DNA of 63,624 bases, the filler included. It is 17 parts of 17 records of this genome, joined end to end, with 100 filler letters (N's around TTAATTAATTAA, not from the genome) between each part and the next. Parts side by side here need not be neighbours in the genome. Positions count along the whole stretch, not along the records: positions 53,984 to 56,406 come from SRR9670534_597; positions 56,507 to 58,895 come from SRR9670534_598; positions 58,996 to 61,334 come from SRR9670534_599; positions 61,435 to 63,624 come from SRR9670534_633; 13 more parts are not named here. One strand, written 5' to 3'. Both the position numbers and the translations under genes were made by a program. Each line of letters opens with the position of its first letter. Position 1 is the first letter of the stretch. The notes beneath the pieces are model-generated. The model was not told the origin of the DNA and did no database searches. It worked only from the letters and a program-made list of their open reading frames with translations. Positions 54,228 through 63,624 of this stretch are shown one piece after another.

Positions 54228-56291
54228 ATGGATGAAGACGAAACAAGGCTAAAGCAAATCTTTGATCAATGCGATAGTAACAAGGATGGTAAGATTGATA
54301 GGAAGGATTTGCTATCAATATGTGGTTTTCTGCAAATCGAAGGCCATGCAAATACTCTGTCAACAGAAGTTTTTTCGCTAGGCAAAAGAGAAGTACCTAA
54401 CATGATTCTGAAAAGAAAACATAATAATATTGTATATTTAGGTTTCTTTTAAAGAATTTTTCCCGATCTTCGTTAATTGGCTTAATCGAATGATTCAAGA
54501 TGATGACGTAGAGCAAGAAAAGACAAAAGGTAAAATTATAACCGTTTTCAAATTTATTAATAATAACAAAAATATTTGTTACATACTGTACATACATATT
54601 GTATTTCTTATAATGTATTTATATTTACTGTCTACAGTTTCGAAAAAGAAGCGTGTTCACTTCCAGCCAGAAGGAGAACATTGTACCAGTTCTCCAATTG
54701 TTGAGCAAACTTCTGCTCCTAAGAAATCTAAAACTACGTCATTCTCTGCCAGCGTAAGTTCCAGTGTTACCTAATCAAATTGAGTAAGTCAATGTGACGA
54801 TTTTAGGCTGATGTTGATGAAAATTTGTCATCCCAACAAACGGAACAAATACAGGAAGTTTGCCTAGATCTAGGAATTGGAACGAATGGTTTCTTAACTC
54901 TTGCAGACTTAAAATCGCTTTGGGACAGTACAGTTGAACTGGATGATCAGGTATAAAATTTTACTATTATAATAAGTAGGTATATTTATATATTTTCAGC
55001 CTGGAAATGAGTTGGATGGAACAATGGAAGATATCTTGGATGATCTCTTTCAAACATGGGATACGGACGGAGATGGAAAGATTACCCTTGTGGAATTTAC
55101 TGCAGCATTATCTTCTAAACCTGGCACTATAACACACTCATCACCGAGCAAACAGTTAAAAGCACCTCCAAGATGCTTATCAGCTCAACGACATAGACTA
55201 CGCAAGTCATTGGAAAAATATTCAAATCGAACTACTGATCGAACTGACCAGTCACTCGAACATCTTTTCACAGAACTTGATAACTCGAATGGGTAAAGTG
55301 ATAATTTCAAATTTAATTAAATATTAATTAAAATTTGAAGTTCAAAAAAGTTTGAATTTAAATTTTATTAAAAATTGAAGTTTAAAAAGTTTGAATTTAA
55401 ATTTAAAAAGTTTTGTAATTAAAAGATTTAAAGTTAAAAAAATTTCATTACAAAATTTAAAAAGTTTAAAAAATTTAAAAGGTTAAGAAGTTTAAAAAAT
55501 TTAAAAAGTTTAAAGTTGTAAATTTTAGAGTTGTAAATGAAAGTGAACTGCAAAATTACTGGTCAGAAATAGGAGTTTTAAATGGTACAGACGTTTTAAA
55601 TGAATTAAAATTATTCAACAATGAAATAAGGTTGGATGAACTGTCTAAGACATTGGAAGAACACTTAGCAGGTTCTTGCGAAGGAAATCCTGTTTTGATG
55701 GCAGCATGGTTAAGTTTTAGAAGTGAAATTTCAACCCTGAAGAATCGGTTAACTGGTACCCTTGCAGAGAATAAAAACTTGGAGAAACAAATTAAAGTAA
55801 GCACTCAGCATAATGCCACACTTCTGAAAGAAGCTGATGAAACACAGGAACAATTGGAGCAATCACGAGAAGAACAAATTCGAAGAATAACTCAGAATTA
55901 TGAACAGGATATCAAGGAACTCAAACATAAATTTGAAAATGAAAAGGCTGAACTTTTGGATAAAGATGAGGCTCTTCTGGAAGAAGTAGCTGCCTTAAAA
56001 GATCAGGAACATAGTTTCAAAAAATTAACGGAAGTTCAGGAAAATGTAATTTGGTTATCATTTTTCTTAATTCATTTAAATGATTGTTTTTTACAGAAAA
56101 TAATAAAATTGGAGCAAGATTTGCAAAAAGCGATGGACGAACTTGCACAAACAACAGCTACGATGAATAAGTTTCAATCAAATGACGAATATAAATCAAA
56201 ACTTGACCTCTTGGTTTCGAAAGAACATTCTCAACGGCAAAAGATAGACAATTTGGAACAAACGTTAAATGCTTCAGAAACCACCAACATG
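54228..56291 (+). CDS. NIN: Ninein / ninein-like protein, N-terminal EF-hands and start of coiled coil, partial
   Basis: RLKQIFDQCDSNKDGKIDRKDL, EQIQEVCLDLGIGTNGFL, FQTWDTDGDGKITLVEF and AAWLSFRSEISTLKNRL, followed by coiled coil. Matches NIN/NINL architecture; the paralog cannot be resolved. Confidence 0.82.
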
Positions 56292-59200
56292 GTTAGGCTA
56301 ACGGTTCACATTTAGGCGAAAAGCTGCTTTTGAGCTACGTCATCGAATGAGTCATTGGAATACTAGTTTCTGATTGGCTAGTATTTCAATGACTCATTCG
56401 AAAATGNNNNNNNNNNNNNNNNNNNNNNNNNNNNNNNNNNNNNNNNNNNNTTAATTAATTAANNNNNNNNNNNNNNNNNNNNNNNNNNNNNNNNNNNNNN
56501 NNNNNNTAATAATAAATATAATAATAATTATAATAATTGTTATTTTATATTATTATTAATAATAAAATATGCTTATTAAATAACCGCTTCAATTATACTT
56601 ATAATAAAAGTATACTATAAGTATACTATAGTATCTATAGTGCAAATATTTTAGGGGTGCTACCCAAGGGTACTCCTAAGGAGATCATACACTGCAACAA
56701 AATTTATAGAAGTATTTATAATTGGATTGCTATAGCAATCATATATGATAACACATTTGCTATGTAGCAAAAAAAGTGAAAGTAGTAATCTATAGCCTAG
56801 TGTGCCACCACATTTGCAATATACCATTATTAATAATCATAATAAAGAGATATAGATATATTTAATATATATTATTATAATACTTACTTATGCTGTATAT
56901 ATACAGATACATATAGTTGCTATTTGTTGCAACATATTGCGATATACTATCGTGTTTATTATTAATAATAATATGTCTAGCATGAATTAAAACATAATGT
57001 GGGTACTTATTATTATTTATAAAATTAAATAATTAGAAATAAAATAAGAATTAAATTGAGTAAAGATAACATAGGCGGCCTATGATAGGCCTACTGTAAT
57101 TTTATTATTTATTAATTATAGATTTACTTATTATTGATAAATATAGTCTAAAAATTACTTAGTAGCAAGGCTTGCCTTTTTATCAAAGCACACCACTATT
57201 TTTATGGATAATTTTTGCAAATTATATTATAGAAAAATGCTATATACCGCTAATAGTAGCAAGGAACAAATGGACTTCATTATTACATTATGGTTATTAT
57301 AGGGCAACCTGTCTTACAATCTATGCAATCAAAGAAAAATGTCATGCTTAGAATTTAAATGATAGCATGTATAGTTAGTAGGAATTATATTGCTGCTACC
57401 TTGGGATTACTGCAATATATTTGTCAGAGCAAAATCAAGGGTTTATTCTACTAAATTTCAAGGTTAGACATGCAATTTCATTTCCTTAGGGTAATTACTA
57501 TTTTACAGAATCAAATACGTGACCGAATTAGAGCTTTTGTCTAAGTAAGAGATATAATCTTTTCCAACTGAAAAGCATGACAATTTGTAATAAAACAAAT
57601 TAAGAAATTCACTTACAACTTACTTCCAAACGCTGTACAGATGGACACTGACAAGAATGTTTATTGTATACTTGCGCAGTAACAAATTTTTATACAAATG
57701 CACATGCTATCAATCAATTAGTAAGCTACATTTATATGAAAGGATCAAAGAGAGGAAAGTGTAATGGTAAAGAAAAACAGAGTGATTTTTTCAGACAAGA
57801 CTGATTGTATATGTTTAATAATTAGCAGTTTATACGTTCATATATGAATGTCGAAAATGCCAAAAACAATAATAAATGTTTCTTTAATAATAATATTGTA
57901 TATTGTATTTATTATTATAATAATGTATATACAATGCATGTTAGCAATCACGGTAGTTGTATATCAAACTAACAGATGTTTTGTCAGGATGTCATACTGT
58001 CATTTATCATAACTTGACAAAGTCATTTTTGGTAGTATTTCAATGGTGCTGAACTTGTATAAGTTTCTTCATTTGGACACGGTAGATAAATCGCTATTGC
58101 TGCAATGTACAATGTACATGTACTATGGAAGTTAGGATAGGTGTCATACTTATTACCTCTGTTAATAATAACACCTCCACAACATTATAATTATTATTAT
58201 TACTATTAATAATTCCGCAACAAAAGTATGATGAGTTTTTCACAGACATTATTATCAAGGTGGAACAGGACTTCAGATTCAGATTTTGAACAGGGGAAGT
58301 TTACCAAACCCGTTGTAGCACAAATAGATGGTGCCAATCTCACAAATAGATGGTGCAAAATCGTAAATAGATGTCACCGACTTTAATAATCACATTATTA
58401 ATAAATACACAATATTGAGCAGTATTGATTAGCAATTAATTAACTTGCCAAAACCATTAATTTAATTAATCTAATTAGATGTTAATAATATTATTAATTA
58501 ATATCGTAAGTTAGTTCCTGGATTTATAATTTCACTATAATTTCACATCATTGTTATTAATAATAGTAAATAATCAATACTAATGATGAGTATTTACTGT
58601 ATTACATGATCACATAATTATCAATATGCTCAAAATAACAATGTCTTTCCATTTTTGCTTTATTAATTGACAGTTAGCTAATATAAGGCTAGTGACAAAT
58701 ATTATTATTGTTTCGAAAGATTGAATATTAATAATTCTTATTGCACTTATTGCAATAGGATTATTTAGCAATGATGGCATTATAGCATTATCATTGTACG
58801 CAGCAAATAACCATTAATTAATAAATGCTTACTATTACAATACTACTAACGTTGGCGTCAATGTTCTAGTGTTATTATTATTATTATTATTATTANNNNN
58901 NNNNNNNNNNNNNNNNNNNNNNNNNNNNNNNNNNNNNNNTTAATTAATTAANNNNNNNNNNNNNNNNNNNNNNNNNNNNNNNNNNNNNNNNNNNNAATTC
59001 CACTTTTCGCGGACTGACCCATAAGCTGATTTTTTAATATCAATATCATTTTCTAATGCAATTAGATATGGCACTTTATTAATATTATTAGTATTACTAC
59101 AAAAATTATCTAAAAGTAATTTTAATAAGATTAAAATAGATTTATTCTAAATAAATTAAAACTATAATGAAAAAATTAATGTAAATAATTATATATTAAT

Positions 59201-59378
59201 TATAATATATGTGGCTGTTTACTATATAAATTTGCTAAAATTTACTGTATTATAATGAAATAATAAGATTATTCTAGATTGTTAAAGTAATTGATATATG
59301 TAATAATAATTTTATACTAATAAAATTTATTAAATACATATTTTACAAATAAAGTATTTCATAGAGATTACTCTTAAC

Positions 59379-61066
59379 CTAAACCATATCTCTTAGCTGA
59401 CCATTCATAAGTACATCTCTTGTTGCTACTATTTAGATAACTTAAACTCATTTCATCATTTATAACAAGATTAGAAGTATTATTATTTGCACTATTATTC
59501 CAATAAACAATGTCTCCTGAACAAAAAGAGCTTAAAATACTAGCATAATTTTCATAATCAATGAAAAATTCCACTGGAAAAATATTTGCCCAAACTTGTA
59601 TATTTGTAATATCTCCAAAGAATTCACTATTTCTTGGAAACTTATTTAAATTTGTTGCAAATAGTAATAATAATCATTAAATAATTTCTGATATCAATAA
59701 TAATAAAATGTTATGTGTATTGAATTTACCCTACCTATATTATTAATAATAATATTGTATATCAGATAATTATGATTACAGTTAATTTCATAGTATATTT
59801 ATTTTTATATTATTTAAATAGTTATTTTTATTTTGTTACTAAGATATCAATAATATCATTAGTATATTTATAATATTGTTATTATAATGTATAGGCCTGG
59901 CATATTATTCTCAAACAGTTGTTTTGTAACTTTTCCCAATACTATGTAGATTCCTTAAAACATGTAACAATAAGGTATTGTAGCACACTATTGTTTTAGC
60001 ATCCAATTGATATAATCTCTAATTCCTTTATAAAACTTCATTGTTTATAAACACTATAGTTATATATTATAATAATAAAGTATTCTTAAAGATATGAATT
60101 TCTTATTGATTTAGTTAATAAGAATTATTAGTAATTGCATTTTGTCAGTAATTCTAAACTTCCATTTTATAGTACTTTAATAATAATAGTAATGTATCTA
60201 TAGCTGTACAAGATCATCTATGTTATTGAAATGCATGTTATTAATAAAAGTCAGATAAGAGTAAAATTACTCTTATTATATAGCAATAATGTATGAATAA
60301 TCATGAAGACATCTACTCTTTTGAGTCTTCCAAAAATTGACTTTTCAAAATTCTTTTATTCCATTTACTTACCTTCTCCCAACTGTTTGAGAAACTTATA
60401 AGCAACATACCATTCATTGATGGAATTGAATATCATTACATTTACCTTGGATAATGCTTATTAAGTTCTTAATCACATTTAAAGCAGAGTTTATAATATT
60501 GCTTATGCATTCAAGATAAATCATTATTATTATTAATAATAGATATACAAAATTATATTTTAAAATTGTTTATATTTTTCTATTTAAAAAAACTATTACA
60601 TTAATTTAATTTTAAATTATAGTTAAGTTTATAGTTATTATTATATCTAATGACATTAGAATAATGTCATTATTAATAATAGTAATACTCATTTGGTAGT
60701 AATAACTATGTAATATTTTATATTATTTTTGGTTTACAATCCTTACATTTTATGCTCCATTGTGAAAAATTCTTCTTACATGCATAGTATGTTATAGAGA
60801 AGGAATTTGAACTTGGTACTGTCTTTGAGAATATTTTCCATTCAGAAAAGAAATCCACTATATAAAAATCAAATAGAATAATAAATAAAACTATAGGCTT
60901 TAAATTTTCTTACTATTATGCTTATATAATCAATCTTACCATTTATCATTCCAAATAGACCTGCTGCAACAATCAAAATTAATAATACTAAAGGTATATA
61001 AAGAAGTAAAGGTGCAAATTTTTCTAAAAGACCTTTTCTAGACAGATCATTTTTATGTGGTTCCAT
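59379..61066 (-). pseudogene. Degenerate paralog of the type II pentraxin-like gene at 27794-29413
   Basis: TM exon ending GLFGMIN-G|gt (cf. AIYGMLN-G|gt); FFGDITNIQVW...SSFCSGDIVYW (cf. FYGKIYGFQIW...SSNCSGDVFRW). The intervening homologous segment (IVFINNEVL*) contains stops. Confidence 0.5.
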
Positions 61067-63624
61067 TAGCTAAAGTTTTAATAATTTTGCTAGATAGCCC
61101 TTCTATAAAAACTTAGAAATATTGTTAAAAAGTAATAATAATATTGTCTATATTTATTACAAAAGTTTTACTGAAAACTTAATTATAAAAGCTATACCTT
61201 TCAATATTACATCAATGATGTAACATCATAAAGATTAAAGAGGGAATAGGATATCCTAATGGCACTTTTGAAATATGTATCCTATTGCTACACTATCCTT
61301 ATTCTACCCTATCCAAATCCTAAACATTTTCAAANNNNNNNNNNNNNNNNNNNNNNNNNNNNNNNNNNNNNNNNNNNNTTAATTAATTAANNNNNNNNNN
61401 NNNNNNNNNNNNNNNNNNNNNNNNNNNNNNNNNNGTTATCCTTATTATCTTTACCAACAAATAGGATATTTTTAAAATGGGATATTTTTAAAATAGTAAA
61501 ATACTATCATAAAATAACAAAATGATACTTTAATATATATATAAAAAATAAGCAAACAATTAAGTTTAGCTAAAAAGATAATATAACAAAGTCTTAACTT
61601 ATTTATATATAAACTAAAATCTAATAAATTAATCTCATTATATTTTTGACAAATAATACATAATAGTTAGTTTTTAATGTTTCTTGAAAGTTTTTATTTT
61701 AATTTTCTTCTTAAAACTCCAATTTTCTTTATTCAATATACCCTTGCATAATCTTCATAACAATCTGTACATAAATTTAATAAAAGTAGAAAAATAAAAT
61801 CATAAATATAAATATTATTAATAAAATTAGCATTAACATAAACTTTTAAAATTCATTTATGTTAAGAATTTATAACTAGTAAAATCTTTACCTTTTAATA
61901 GTATATTCTTTTCATTTTTCAAAAAGAAGTCTTTTTTAAGTGAACCAATGATAGCAGAAATGTCAAAGTCAAATTCAGAATATCAAAATGAACAATTAAA
62001 ACTATGATACATATCATATACTATTATTTTTTATTCTAATAAATTATACTATCTAATAAATATATGATTGTTATAAGAACATACCTTCTACTTTAGTCGA
62101 AACATTTCTATAACTTCAACAAATCTTATTCTCATAAAATCTTTGACAAATATTACATAATAGTTAATTTTGAATGTTTCTTAAAAGTTTTGATTTCAAT
62201 TTTTTTTTTAATAAAAGTTATCAAAAAACATTAAATGAATCTAAATTAAATACTTTACTCTTACAACTTTCTTCTTCCTTTATTAAAACTTACTTATTAC
62301 TTTTTAATTTTAGTATTTTTATATTTATTACTAAAAATATATTAATTTTACTACAAATTATAAATATCTTACAAAATTTTTCATATTTCTTGATATCATA
62401 ATAATTACTTAGTATGTAGTTTGAAATTGTCTTTCCATTTTTCATTATAACTTCTTTTTTTATTTTTCATCTCAATTGTTTTTTGAAACCTTACATTAGC
62501 TTCTTTTAATAAGGTATCTTTTCTCTAAGATATTACATTTACATTGAACTAATAACATTAAAACATAACATTTAACATAAAACATAAAATATTATATAAA
62601 CTTATAAAATTAAAGTAAATTTTTATATTATAAACATTTATTTTTTTCTTTATGAAATATTCTTTATAATAAGCTTTGCATTTTAAAGTAATTCTCTCAT
62701 AAAAAAATTATGATAAATATTAAAATGATAACACTACAGTATTATATAAAATATATGTATATATACACATAAATTTATTATTTGTAGTTCAACATTTCAG
62801 CCTTCAATGATATACCAAAAAATAGTTGATTAATAGTAAATATTTAAATTTTGTTCAAATTTTATACATTTATTTCATTTAATTATACTAATATCTATAT
62901 CTTATACTAGCATATTTTTTTCATCTTTAAAATAGATATCATCTTCAAGTAAAGCAATCATACCAAAATTTAAATATTTTAAAATTATTACAAACTACAA
63001 TTATTTTTCTTAAGTTTATTAATTATTTTCATATCATTTTACATTAGTGTTTTTTAATAAACTATGTTCTTTAAATAAGATTTAATTATTATGTAATTTA
63101 ACAATAATTCGTTAATTTATAATTTTTTATAAATTTAGTTATTTTGAAAAAGCTTACAAAATATATTTAGTTTAAATAGTTTCTGCTTAAAAAATGTATT
63201 AATTTAATATAATATAATATCATAAATAACATTATTTTTTTAAATTATTTATTCCTTTTAGACCACATGTACTGTATTTTAATAAATTCATACATTAGTC
63301 AATGACTATAATGCAATCCGATAAACAGTAACGTATGCCATTTTTACTGGTATTGTTCAATACAAATAATACAAATGACTCTATTGACTTTAACAATGTC
63401 ATACTGTATATCAAAGGCTTAGCTTTCTGTCATCTGTAATAGACAGTACGATACGTCTTAAAAATATACAATGTACTGTATGTTCAAGAATGCTGATGTG
63501 TCCATTTTGTAGTACATGTGCTAGCATATCTAAATGTAAGGTCACATAACCCTATGAATTGTACTGTCGTTAAAAATGTGATCCACAATTATTTCCTCAA
63601 TTATTAATCCTGGTACATAGTTAG

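Noticed and set aside
61435-63300. Lys/Glu-rich minus-strand fragments with splice-like signals
   Set aside because: Multiple stops, extreme AT content and no recognisable domain; cannot be distinguished from compositional noise.

Overview
This window is not one locus. It is 17 short contigs joined by identical artificial 100-nt linkers (44 N + TTAATTAATTAA + 44 N). The DNA is AT-rich animal genomic sequence with short GT-AG introns (mostly about 48-250 nt), patchy CpG depletion and many CTCF-like motifs; a bilaterian invertebrate is likely, but the species cannot be determined. Genes recognised: neuron navigator (NAV/unc-53, apparently complete), a receptor guanylate cyclase, LMO7/LIMCH1, an intronless Cys-loop cation-channel subunit, a type II membrane pentraxin-like gene plus a decayed paralog, KIF25, a GPI-anchored Ly6-type exon, a CAP/SCP protein, HEATR4, an ARSB-family sulfatase homolog lacking catalytic residues, Rac, an RGS gene, an ependymin-related gene broken by a 7-bp duplication, ninein, and two orphan intronless ORFs. 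Best candidate for novel biology: the Rac gene has two tandem 72-nt copies of the P-loop/switch-I exon separated by only 20 nt. These look like sterically mutually exclusive exons giving S27/G30/E31 versus R27/E30/D31 isoforms. Also notable: a P-element-like MITE whose 8-bp TSD duplicates the RGS splice acceptor, strong enrichment of AGATG(G/T)CGC (often at intron edges), and the pseudo-sulfatase. All calls were made by eye; no searches were run.
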